IMG/VR virus record: IMGVR_UViG_3300011969_000080
Reading direction: 5' to 3' (one strand)
DNA from: an uncultured virus (IMG/VR IMGVR_UViG_3300011969_000080)
Taxonomy: Duplodnaviria; Heunggongvirae; Uroviricota; Caudoviricetes
DNA length: 64,000 bases
How positions within the stretch are numbered: the stretch's first letter is position 1; every line of letters starts with the position of its first letter. Position numbers and translations under genes: made by a program. The notes beneath the pieces were generated by a model. It ran no database searches and had not been told where the DNA came from. It saw only the letters and a program-made list of their open reading frames with translations. Shown here piece by piece: positions 1 through 8,518 of the stretch.

Positions 1-76
1 CATTTCGTTCATGGTCTCCCAATCAGCCGTCAAGACCAGAACGCGGAACTCATCTCACCTATTCCGTAAGGGGGGG
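1..76 (-). mobile_element. Left end of a second, inverted copy of IS-B (partial, runs off window)
   Basis: 1-76 is the exact reverse complement of 23547-23622 (TIR plus transposase start). Confidence 0.95.
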
Positions 77-120
77 CCACAGTGGGTGCCGGCGCGGACA
101 ACGCAAGTCGGTGGCGCTGC

Positions 121-576
121 TCAGCCCGTAATGACGAGGCTGGCACCGGTGACCCGGCCCGCGTCGGGCGGGGACGCCAGGACGACGGTCAACGTCCCGG
201 CAACCAGGGTGACCGTGCCCGGGGATGTCGCCAGCGCCCCCGCGGCCCCCGACAGGGTGAGTGTGTAGCCCCGGCCCTCGCACGGCGGTGCGATGCCGGA
301 CACGGTGGCGGCCGTCGTCCGGTAGATGTGACTGGCCGCGTCGTAGACGGTGGTGTAGGCCAAGTCAATGCCGTCGCTCCCGCATGAGGAGGTTGTCGCC
401 CCCGGGGCGAGAACGCCGAGCGGCGCGGCGGCAGCAGTCAGTGCCCCGATCGCAACGAAGACGGCGAGACAGGTCAGGGGGCGCCTCGGGACACTACGCA
501 CGGCTGCGTCGTCACCGGTGAGCTGGGCTCGGCACGACCGTCGGCGGGATCCGCCGGGTGCAAGTCCACCCATCAC
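121..576 (-). CDS. Small secreted protein (start uncertain, probably near 500)
   Basis: Signal-like hydrophobic stretch LTCLAVFVAIGALTAAAA, then a Thr/Gly-rich body with two Cys. Confidence 0.5.
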   Translation of the reverse strand: MMGGLAPGGSRRRSCRAQLTGDDAAVRSVPRRPLTCLAVFVAIGALTAAAAPLGVLAPGATTSSCGSDGIDLAYTTVYDAASHIYRTTAATVSGIAPPCEGRGYTLTLSGAAGALATSPGTVTLVAGTLTVVLASPPDAGRVTGASLVITG

Positions 577-952
577 CCGTCACGGGCACACCGTCCGTGG
601 TGACGCCAGCGCCCCCGGAGTGCAGGCAGGTCTGGATCTCCCCGTCCGCCGTGCGGACGCGGATGCTAGACAGCGGCGGCGTCCAGCCGCGGGCAAGGAG
701 GTCGGCCTGCGGGTCTACCCGAAGCAGCCATACGTCGCTTTCGCCCACCGCCTGGGAACCCTCGTAGTACTTGCCGGGCATGAAGGCGAAGCTGCGTGAC
801 GCCGGCGGCAGGTCCTGGCCGGTGAGTACAGCCCCGACAAGAGACGAGGCGGGGTGGTGTGTCGCGTGGGCCACCCCGGCGAAGGTCGCGGCGGAACCCA
901 GGGCGAGGGCGGCAACGACCGCGAGCGTTGAGCGGAGAACAAGCTTTGACAT
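512..952 (-). CDS. Secreted hypothetical protein
   Basis: ATG at 952 after AGAAAGG; signal peptide MSKLVLRSTLAVVAALALGSAATFAGVAHA. Confidence 0.65.
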   Translation of the reverse strand: MSKLVLRSTLAVVAALALGSAATFAGVAHATHHPASSLVGAVLTGQDLPPASRSFAFMPGKYYEGSQAVGESDVWLLRVDPQADLLARGWTPPLSSIRVRTADGEIQTCLHSGGAGVTTDGVPVTGDGWTCTRRIPPTVVPSPAHR

Positions 953-1240
953 CTTTGTGCCTTTCTGTGGCAGGGCGTACAACCCACCGTGGTGGCCACC
1001 GCGAGCTCTCCCACCGGCGGGGGTGCGCGGGCCGGTGTCCCAGCCGTCGCGTATCATCGGAAGATGGCCCTTCCGCACACACCGAGCAGCCGCGTGGGCC
1101 CGAGATCCCGAGCGGGGTGGGCCTGAGATCTCGAGGGCACACTTTGGAAACAGCCACCGCCTGAGCCGGGGAACAGCCGACACACGTGGCTGCGGGAGCC
1201 TGGTCGCGCAGGGCAACCAGGCCCCCGCCACACCGCTCGG

Positions 1241-1525
1241 TCAGCCCTTGAGGGCGGCCTTGGCCGCGCGACGGTACTCGCGCTTGATCTGCCCGAAGGT
1301 GAACAGGGACGGCAGCACGACGCCCAGCACGCTCAGGGTGTAGACGGGTGCGGCAGACGGCCCAGTCGTGTCTATGTGGGCGAGCGTGTCAAGGGCGACC
1401 CAGAGGAATAACGGGAGGAGCACCAGAAAGCTGTAGACGAGGCCGAGGAGTGCGGCCACGACGATGCGCCCTGCGGGGGGCCGGCGTGTTGCTGAGATCG
1501 GGCCAGTACGGCAACTGGTAGGCAC
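1241..1525 (-). CDS. Small two-TM membrane protein, paralog of 28848-29156 (start uncertain)
   Basis: Two hydrophobic segments; C-terminus IKREYRRAAKA resembles VRHEYKLAARK. Confidence 0.5.
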   Translation of the reverse strand: MPTSCRTGPISATRRPPAGRIVVAALLGLVYSFLVLLPLFLWVALDTLAHIDTTGPSAAPVYTLSVLGVVLPSLFTFGQIKREYRRAAKAALKG

Positions 1526-1553
1526 TCGCGGGGTACCAGCCCACGCGTATCCG

Positions 1554-1720
1554 CCGTTTCCGTAGGCACAGCTTCCGCCGTGCCGCTCCCCGTCCAGCCG
1601 AAGCTGGCGTAGGGGCCGCGTCGCTTCAGGAGACCAGGGTCCCCAGCGCAGCTGCACGCCACCCGAAGGTGGCCGATGTCTTACGGCTGCTTGCTTCGCC
1701 GGCGTCGCTCACGCCGCAAG
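1554..1720 (-). ncRNA. Putative omega-RNA scaffold / IS607-type right end of tnpB1
   Basis: Directly 3' of tnpB1: GTAAGAC, hairpin GCCACC-TTCG-GGTGGC, GAAGCG, CCCC..GACGGGGA, hairpin GGCACGGC-GGAA-GCTGTGCC, ending GGAAACGG, resembling actinobacterial IS607 ends. Confidence 0.6.
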
Positions 1721-3091
1721 AACAAGATCCCGCACCGTCGGCCCGGGCGGACTGCCCGAGCTTTCGGGTCGGGTCAGCCAGGCCCTGGCAAGGGCTGCCA
1801 GGTTCCGGGCTGCGTTCACATCACGGTCCAGGATCAGACCGCATTCCATGCAGTGGTACTCGCGCTCGGAAAGGGGCAGCTTGGCTTTCACTGCACCACA
1901 GTCCGAGCACGTCTTGCTGGATGGGTAGAACCGGTCGGCCCTGAATACGGCCGAACCGCGCTTGGCGGCTTGACGGGTCAGAATCTGCACAAACAGGCCA
2001 TACCCGTTGTCGCCGACGGACTTCCCGAACCGGTAGCCTTTCTTCCGGCGGGCCATCCCGCGCAGGCTCAGGGTCTCCACACCGACAACGTGGGCGTGCT
2101 CGGCGAGAGTGATGGCGAGGTGCTGCTGCCAGGTTTGCCGCTTGGATGCGGCCCGACCGTGCAGCTTCTGCACCCGGGCCAGTGCTTTCGCGTGCCGCCT
2201 GCTGCCAGGCGTGGTGCGTTGGAGCGCGCGCTGCGCAACGGCCAGGTCACCCAGCGCGCGGCGCAGGAACATGGGTGCGCCGATGTGGCCTACTTCGCCA
2301 GTCACGCCCGGCAGGGGCTTGTCGAGGGTGGCAAAGTGCCTGCCCATCCCGGCATCAACGCCTATGGCGTCGGCCCGTGGCGGTACACGGTGCCTGGTCG
2401 GCTGGGTTTTGGCGACGGGCAGGACCCGCATCTGCAAGGATGCCCACCAGTACCCGCCAGAGAACGAATACGCGACCTCCTGGACCTGGCCGCGCCCGTC
2501 CCGGATAAGCTTGGCGGCCCGCCGTCCGCGGTTGTCCTTCACGACTGGGACGCTCGAGAGCTGGACGGATCTGACGCGGCCGAGCCCGCGCCGCGCCGTG
2601 TTCGAGATTGGCAGCGCGAGCGCGCGGCCTCCGTCGGTGAGCCAGGCGGCGTCTTTCTCTTTGAAAGTGACCGGCACCAGGCCGGCGCCATCTCCGCGCT
2701 TCTTGCGGAACCGCGGGAACCGCGCCGACCCGGTCTTCCACTTCTTGAGCCCGTCAGCCAGCTGATGGGCTTGCCGATCCAGCACCAGGTACGGGACCTG
2801 CGCGTGCCAGGGCAGCCAGGCGCCCCGGTTCTCCCGGAGCAGCTCCTCCAGCCCGTACTTGTGCCACGACAGCGATGACGTGAGGTCCGCGTCGGGGATG
2901 CCGTAGGTCTTCTCCGCAGCCCGCTGGTCGAGGTTAGCTTTCACGTGGAACAGCAGAATGTTGTACGCGGCCCGTGCCGTGCCGCAGTACCCGGCAAGGA
3001 GCTCGACCTGAGCACGCGACGGGTTCAGGCGCAACTTCACTACCTGGGTCACGCCCTGGTCGGAACTGATGCGTGCGCGCGTGCTGTGCAT
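1709..3091 (-). CDS. tnpB: IS607-type TnpB RNA-guided endonuclease, intact, no adjacent TnpA
   Basis: N-terminal KLRLNP..GTARAAYN..KANLDQRAAEKTYG; RuvC motifs IGVDAG, VGVETL, DRDVNAARNL; Zn finger CSDC..CMEC. Confidence 0.92.
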   Translation of the reverse strand: MHSTRARISSDQGVTQVVKLRLNPSRAQVELLAGYCGTARAAYNILLFHVKANLDQRAAEKTYGIPDADLTSSLSWHKYGLEELLRENRGAWLPWHAQVPYLVLDRQAHQLADGLKKWKTGSARFPRFRKKRGDGAGLVPVTFKEKDAAWLTDGGRALALPISNTARRGLGRVRSVQLSSVPVVKDNRGRRAAKLIRDGRGQVQEVAYSFSGGYWWASLQMRVLPVAKTQPTRHRVPPRADAIGVDAGMGRHFATLDKPLPGVTGEVGHIGAPMFLRRALGDLAVAQRALQRTTPGSRRHAKALARVQKLHGRAASKRQTWQQHLAITLAEHAHVVGVETLSLRGMARRKKGYRFGKSVGDNGYGLFVQILTRQAAKRGSAVFRADRFYPSSKTCSDCGAVKAKLPLSEREYHCMECGLILDRDVNAARNLAALARAWLTRPESSGSPPGPTVRDLVLAA

Positions 3092-3117
3092 AGTGCCTGC
3101 AGTTGGCGCCCGGGGCG

Positions 3118-3342
3118 TCAGACTGCGTCTTTCCAGTCATCGTCCTGCCAGTCGGCGCCCTCGCCGTTCGCGGCGTGGAGGGCCTCGGTGGCGTTGACGA
3201 ACCGGGCCTCGGCGTCGTAGTAGGCGGCCTGGGCCTTGTCGTAGTCGCGGGGGCCGGACATGGTGTAGTCGTCGAGCGCGGCCCTGAGGGCAGTAGCGGC
3301 CCGCTCGCGTACTACCTCGAGGCTGGGCGGTGTGGTGGGCAT
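3118..3342 (-). CDS. Hypothetical protein
   Basis: ATG after TAAGGA; acidic helical 74 aa. Confidence 0.6.
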   Translation of the reverse strand: MPTTPPSLEVVRERAATALRAALDDYTMSGPRDYDKAQAAYYDAEARFVNATEALHAANGEGADWQDDDWKDAV

Positions 3343-3428
3343 GGCGTGTTCCTTACTCGTTGGGGCCCGGGGATGTGCCACCACCCCATACCGTGTGTGC
3401 CGGCACGTGCATCCCAACTAGGCACCCC

Positions 3429-3761
3429 TCAGAACAGCTCGCCAGTCGAGCGGGTGTAAACGGCCGCCTCAAAACAGGCGCCGAGCGCAGTCCGAACCTC
3501 CCCCTCGGAGGGCCCGAGCTCCCAGGAGACGTAGGCAGTACCGTCGGCCATCGTCGCCACAGTGAAGGACCGGCCCGGCCACCGCCTGCCCGCCCGCTTC
3601 TTGGCTGCGGCGGTGCGCTGGCGGGCGCCATACGTGGGCGCCGGGGTGGGCAGGGCGCGTGTGGCGTCCAGCGCGCGGCTGATGGCTGCGGCAACAGGGG
3701 CGGTCGTGATGCGCATCGAGTTCTCCATACCCGGGACCTTTGGGGCGCCCCAGCAGGGCAC
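3429..3761 (-). CDS. Hypothetical protein (start uncertain)
   Basis: Protein-like ORF co-oriented with neighbours. Confidence 0.45.
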   Translation of the reverse strand: MPCWGAPKVPGMENSMRITTAPVAAAISRALDATRALPTPAPTYGARQRTAAAKKRAGRRWPGRSFTVATMADGTAYVSWELGPSEGEVRTALGACFEAAVYTRSTGELF

Positions 3762-3877
3762 AAGGTCCCGTGCGCGGGAGGGTACAGATTCCCGGGATCA
3801 GTCAGCTGGCGCCCCACTGTGCAGCTCTACTGTGCAGTCCCGCCCGAGAGTGCAGAGTAGCTGGGGCGCCCGGGCAG

Positions 3878-4234
3878 CTAGGGGGTGCGTGTGGCGCGGG
3901 CCGCGGTGCGGGCGACATGAGCAGCGTGGCGCGGGCAGCCCACCGGCTGGCGGTCCGCCCGGGAAACATGCCGCAGGTACCACGCAGCGAACCCCACCCA
4001 CGACAGGACGAACACACCGTTCCCGGCGCGGGTGTCGGTGCGAAACGACCACCTGGTGAACGCGGACAGGGTGTCGTCGCTGGCGTGCTGGTGCAGGCTG
4101 TACGTTTCCATAGCGGCGCAGGTTGCCAGGGCGGCCACCCAGGCGATCCGCCACGGGGGCAGCTGGGCAGGCAGGGTTACGCTGGTGCGCGGACGCCGCG
4201 GCGATGCTGCCGTAGGGGCGAGGAGGGCGGTCAT
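3878..4234 (-). CDS. Small membrane protein
   Basis: ATG after GAGGAAG; two hydrophobic segments; promoter TTGCGT-N16-CACGGT at 4301-4274. Confidence 0.6.
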   Translation of the reverse strand: MTALLAPTAASPRRPRTSVTLPAQLPPWRIAWVAALATCAAMETYSLHQHASDDTLSAFTRWSFRTDTRAGNGVFVLSWVGFAAWYLRHVSRADRQPVGCPRHAAHVARTAARATRTP

Positions 4235-4390
4235 TCTTCTTCCTCACTGTGCTGGCGGTGTGTGACGCAGATCACCGTGGGCGCTACACCTCGCGACGCA
4301 AGGCCACTGCGGGATGCGGGATCTCGCGCAGGCGGGCACTGATTCCCGGGGTCAGTCAGCGGGGCGTGGCGGGCGGGTGCTACGCCAGGA

Positions 4391-4471
4391 TCGGCGGCAC
4401 GGCCCCGGCGGCCGTCACGTAATTGCAGGCGACGATGTGAACCTCCCCGCCCCTACGGGCGGGGCTTCTCG
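4391..4471 (-). ncRNA. IS605-type right-end hairpin and predicted guide of tnpB2
   Basis: Hairpin CCCCGCCCGTAGGGGCGGGG, then GGTTCAC (TTCAC at 4441-4437); same structure at 49751-49785, with divergence starting exactly after TTCAC. Confidence 0.8.
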
Positions 4472-5432
4472 TTAGACCGCGCGAGCGGCTTGGCGAAGGG
4501 CAGTTCCTGCCCTCAGAATGTTGATCGCGCCAACGACGTCGGCGTGACCGGTAAACCCACACAGCTGGCAGGTGAACACGGCCTGCGAGGGTCTGTTCGC
4601 TGCTTCGCAGTGCCCGCACTCGATGCAGGTGCGGGAGGTGTTGGCGGCCGGTACCGGAATGGTCTCGCGTCCAGCCTTTTCAGCTTTGGCGGTCAGCACA
4701 CTCAGGAACAACCCCCATCCCGCGTCCAGTATTGCTTTGTTCAGGCCCGACTTTGCGGCCTGACCGTTCGGTAGGTACTGGCCCGGGTTGTCGGGGTCCG
4801 GTTTGGGTTTCGCCCGCCGGGTCATGTTCCGGATCCGGAGCGCCTCATGGCAGATGACGTCGTGGTCCTGCACCAGTTTCAGAGCAGTCTTGTGGGCGTG
4901 GTCCAGGCGCTGCCGCCGGACCGTCCCGTGCAGGGCGGCAACTTTTTCGGCGGCCTTCCTGCGCCGGTTAGACCCGCGCTTGCGTCCGGAAAGCACCCGC
5001 TGGGCGGCGGCCAGTGTGGCCGCTGCGGACTTCCCAAACCTTGGGTTGGGCAGAAACTTCCCCTCGGAGGTGGTTGCAAACGACGCCACCCCCATGTCGA
5101 TGCCAGTGATCGCACCCGAGGGTGGCAGCGGCGTTGGGGCAACCTCGAGCGGGATTACCACAAACCAGCGGGTCCGCCGCCCGGACCCTTCACGCTTCAC
5201 CGTCACCGTTTTGGGGATGGCGCCCTCGGGCAGTGGTCGGTGCAGCCGAACCCGGACGTGGCCGACACCCATCACATACAGGCGCCTAGTCTCCGTATGG
5301 AGTTTGATCCCATTCCCGTGGCGGAAGTCCACACTGTCAAACCGGGCAGCGGCCCGAAACCTCGGGTACCCAGGCGCCTCCCCAGCTTTGACCCGACGGA
5401 AGAACGCCGCGAACGCCTTGTCCAGCCGGCGC

Positions 5433-6905
5433 CCCCCTCTATGATTTCGTTGTGATAACGGGAACACAGTTTGCAGCTGAACTGTTGACGAGTGTGGTTC
5501 CTGTTGTCGGCTGGAAGGGTTCAGCGTGCCGAGGTTGCCAGGCGGACCAGCGAAGAACCTGCCGCCATGCCCGAAGCCGGGGCACGCGCAGAGGCCGGTC
5601 GTCAAGGACGGCTCGTACGGGAAGCCGCCACGTCAGCTGTTCCGGTGCATCGGCGAGGTCGTCAACCAGAAGACGGGCGAGGTTCGCCAGTTCCACCGGT
5701 TCACGCCATCGCCGCCACGGCTGCTCCGGGAGTTCGCCGTGTGCGACAACTGCGACAACAAGGTTCGCCGCCACACCGGCCCGGTCAGCTCGCGCAGCTA
5801 CGCCTTCCCGGTTCGTGAGGTCGCCTCCGCGTTCGTCTCGGTCGGCACCGGCGCGTCCTACATGCAGGCAGCTGCCCGCGCTCGGGTCTCAGCCCACCGA
5901 CTCTTGGTTCGCAAGGACCAGGGCGGTGCCCTCGTAGCCGAGTGGCTCGACCTACTCGCACCCGTGGTTCTCGAGGCGTACGCGGAGGAAAGCTGGCCCG
6001 AGACGCTGGTGCTGGACAGCACGTGGTTCATGGCCGAGAACCCATGGACCCACACGCAGGAGCGGGCGTTCAGCGTCCTGGGCGCCTACGGCTACCCCGA
6101 CGGCGACGCTGCCGGCCGGCTGTGGGCGCTGCACGCGACGCACACCGCGGCACAGGCGGACTGGGAGACATTCCTGCGCGGTCTCGACCTCACCACACCA
6201 CCCAAGCTCGTCATCAGCGACGCCAACGCGTCCATCATCAACGCCGTGCGAGCCGTCTGGCCGGCCACCCCGGGGCCGAGCTTCCCCACGCCGTTCATCG
6301 CCCGCTGCGAGCTCCACCTTCACCGCAACGGGATGGAGCACATGGCCAAAGACCACATCGGCGGCTGGATGCACCCGCTGCGCAAGCGTCTGGGCTCCGC
6401 CTTCCTGCGCAGCGAGGGGTGGGACGAGCTGGTGGAGAAGGCCGACGGCTACATGCACACCGAGGCATGGCTGACCGACATCGCCGAGGTCCGGACCCAG
6501 GTTGCGGTGCGGCATCTGCTGCCCGCCCACCACTCGACCTCGGCGCTGGACCAGGCACTCGGCCGGGTCAGGGACTTCCTCTCCTCCCGCACCTTCGTCC
6601 TGCGCAACAAGCGACGCACCAACCTCGCGCTGGGTCTCATCCGCCTGCACCTCAACAGCGTTGACATCGAACGCAACTACGGGACGCGCCTGCGGGAGTA
6701 CCTCGATGCCCACGGTGGTGTTCTGCCCGCCCAGCGCTCCGGGAAGGACACCGGGGCAGGCCCGAGGACGGACCGCCAGCACCGGGTCCCAGCCTCGCTG
6801 CGCATCTGAGAACGCGGTCCGGCCCCCGACCACCCGGACGCATCCCTGCCCAGCCGAAATCGACCGTCAACCAGGGGACTTATCACAACGAAATCATAGA
6901 GGGGG
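5433..6905 (+). mobile_element. IS-A, 1473 bp, unclassified Mutator/IS256-like IS
   Basis: Perfect TIR CCCCCTCTATGATTTCGTTGTGATAA; 8-bp duplication GCCGGCGC at 5425-5432 and 6906-6913. Confidence 0.95.
5526..6809 (+). CDS. Transposase of IS-A
   Basis: Fills the TIR-bounded element; N-terminal Zn ribbon, VLDST, VISDA, CELH (CxxH), STSALDQ; homologous to 23590-24918. Confidence 0.88.
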   Translation: MPRLPGGPAKNLPPCPKPGHAQRPVVKDGSYGKPPRQLFRCIGEVVNQKTGEVRQFHRFTPSPPRLLREFAVCDNCDNKVRRHTGPVSSRSYAFPVREVASAFVSVGTGASYMQAAARARVSAHRLLVRKDQGGALVAEWLDLLAPVVLEAYAEESWPETLVLDSTWFMAENPWTHTQERAFSVLGAYGYPDGDAAGRLWALHATHTAAQADWETFLRGLDLTTPPKLVISDANASIINAVRAVWPATPGPSFPTPFIARCELHLHRNGMEHMAKDHIGGWMHPLRKRLGSAFLRSEGWDELVEKADGYMHTEAWLTDIAEVRTQVAVRHLLPAHHSTSALDQALGRVRDFLSSRTFVLRNKRRTNLALGLIRLHLNSVDIERNYGTRLREYLDAHGGVLPAQRSGKDTGAGPRTDRQHRVPASLRI

Positions 6906-7196
6906 GCCGGCGCAACGTCTGCTGTTGGGAGGTGAATGACCACGCGGCCTGGTCCGGGCGGGCCGCCCGGATCTCCTTGAGCTGCAGCATCTGTGACACC
7001 GCGCTGATCGACGTCCCGCGCATCCGCCAGGCGTCCCGCCGCTCCTGCAAACCTGCGTTGTACAGCTCGGCGTGCGCAGCACACATCGCCCCGAGAGCGT
7101 CACGCTGCTTGCTCGTTGGGTACAGCCGGAACTTGAACGCCCGCATCACGGTACTGACCGTGGGAGCCCGCCCCAAAACAGCAACGCGCCACCGGG

Positions 7197-8117
7197 CTAG
7201 GGCCCCACCTGGGCACGGAAGGGCCAGCTCGGCGGCACGGCCCCGGCGGCGGTGACGTAGTTGCAAGCGACGACGTGCTCCGCGCCCTGCGAGAACCTGT
7301 TTTTGATGTTCACCCCGTACCTGACCGGGTAAACGTGGACGATGAAGTCCCGATACAGCCCCTCGGTCAGCTCGGACTTGTCGATGACGACCATGAAGCT
7401 GGCGTGCTTGAGCGCGGCAAGACGGTCCCGGAGCTCGAGCTGCTCCTGGTCTCCGAAGGTCGCGCCGGCCGAGTACGTCTTCATGACCCTGGTGTACGGC
7501 GGGTCGACGTAGATGAACGTGTTCGGCTTGTCGTTGTCTTCGAGCACCCGGTCGTAGCTGCCCTGCCGGATGTCCGTTGTGGCGAGCAGCCCCGCGTGGG
7601 CTGAGCTGCGGAGGGCGGAGGCGTTGAGGGTCGTGTAGTGGCCGAACGGGACGTTGAACTCGCCGGCGGCGTTGAACCTGCGCATGCCCGAGAAGGCCAG
7701 CTGGTTGACGATGAAGAAGCGTGCGGCCCGCTGCCAGTCGGGGCAGCGTGCGAGGCCTCCCGCCCTGTCAAGGTTGCGGAAGTCGTAATACGCCTGGGCA
7801 CGCTGGTCGTGGGTGCCCCCGGGCCCAAACAGCGCGGAGACCGCGTCCACCGCGGTGAGAAACTGCGGGTCCTGCCGGGCGGCCACCCGGTAGAAATTGA
7901 TGAGCTCGCCGTCCCAGTCGTTGATGACGCTGTCCGGGTTCGCTAGGGACCAGTAGACCGCGCCCCCGCCGACGAACGGCTCCACGTACCTGTACCGCTC
8001 ACCGGCCGTGACAAAAGCCGGGTAGTGCGGGGAGAACCGCGCTATCTCGCGGCGCTTGCCGCCAGTCCATTTGAACAGCGGCGCGAGAGTGGCGGGGGCG
8101 GTCGGAGTCTTCGGCAC
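7197..8117 (-). CDS. dam: Dam-like (D12 class) DNA adenine methyltransferase
   Basis: KWTGGK, YVEPFVGGGAV, FNVPFG, YVDPPY; GTG start 8 nt after CACGGT. Confidence 0.9.
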   Translation of the reverse strand: MPKTPTAPATLAPLFKWTGGKRREIARFSPHYPAFVTAGERYRYVEPFVGGGAVYWSLANPDSVINDWDGELINFYRVAARQDPQFLTAVDAVSALFGPGGTHDQRAQAYYDFRNLDRAGGLARCPDWQRAARFFIVNQLAFSGMRRFNAAGEFNVPFGHYTTLNASALRSSAHAGLLATTDIRQGSYDRVLEDNDKPNTFIYVDPPYTRVMKTYSAGATFGDQEQLELRDRLAALKHASFMVVIDKSELTEGLYRDFIVHVYPVRYGVNIKNRFSQGAEHVVACNYVTAAGAVPPSWPFRAQVGP

Positions 8118-8518
8118 GCCCCGGGACCGTGGGTGCTCGGCCCGAAATGGCAACGCGCCGCCGGGCTAGAAGCCCCGGCTGAGCACGGGAGGGCCAGTGC
8201 GGCGTCACTGGCCCGCAAAAGATGGGGAGCACCGTGGGGTAATTGCATGATGCGCACGCGCCCCGTCTCGGGGTGACGGACGCCGCCCGCGCGCAGCTTG
8301 GCCCCCGGCCAGGCCCAGCGCAGGGCCGGAGGTTACCCCCACCCCCAGGCTCAGCCGCCTGAGCACCCGCGTCACACCCCTGCGCCCACGCGCCCGGGGA
8401 GTTCAGGCGCGGGCACCGCAGCGGCTGGGCCGGGGGCGGGGCACGACCACCTTGCCGGGCCAAGGCTCCGGACGAGGCGAACACCCACCCGTGTTCCGCC
8501 TACGCCCCGGAGAACCCC

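Larger units (their letters stand above)
4472..7149 (-). pseudogene. tnpB: IS200/IS605 (IS1341-like) tnpB2 interrupted by IS-A
   Basis: 5' part MRAFKFRLYPT (7149-6914), 3' part with GIDMG, CHEAL, HADVVGAINIL (5432-4472); removing IS plus one TSD restores a 1197-nt ORF. Confidence 0.93.

Noticed and set aside
4472..7149. tnpB2/tnpB3 as nuclease-dead TldR-type repressors or Cas12 effectors
   Set aside because: The RuvC D, E, D residues are intact, the guides match mid or 3' coding regions, and there is no CRISPR array.
4391..7274. 46-bp repeat as an ordinary target-site duplication
   Set aside because: IS200/IS605 elements make no TSD, and the mismatches are concentrated at synonymous positions.
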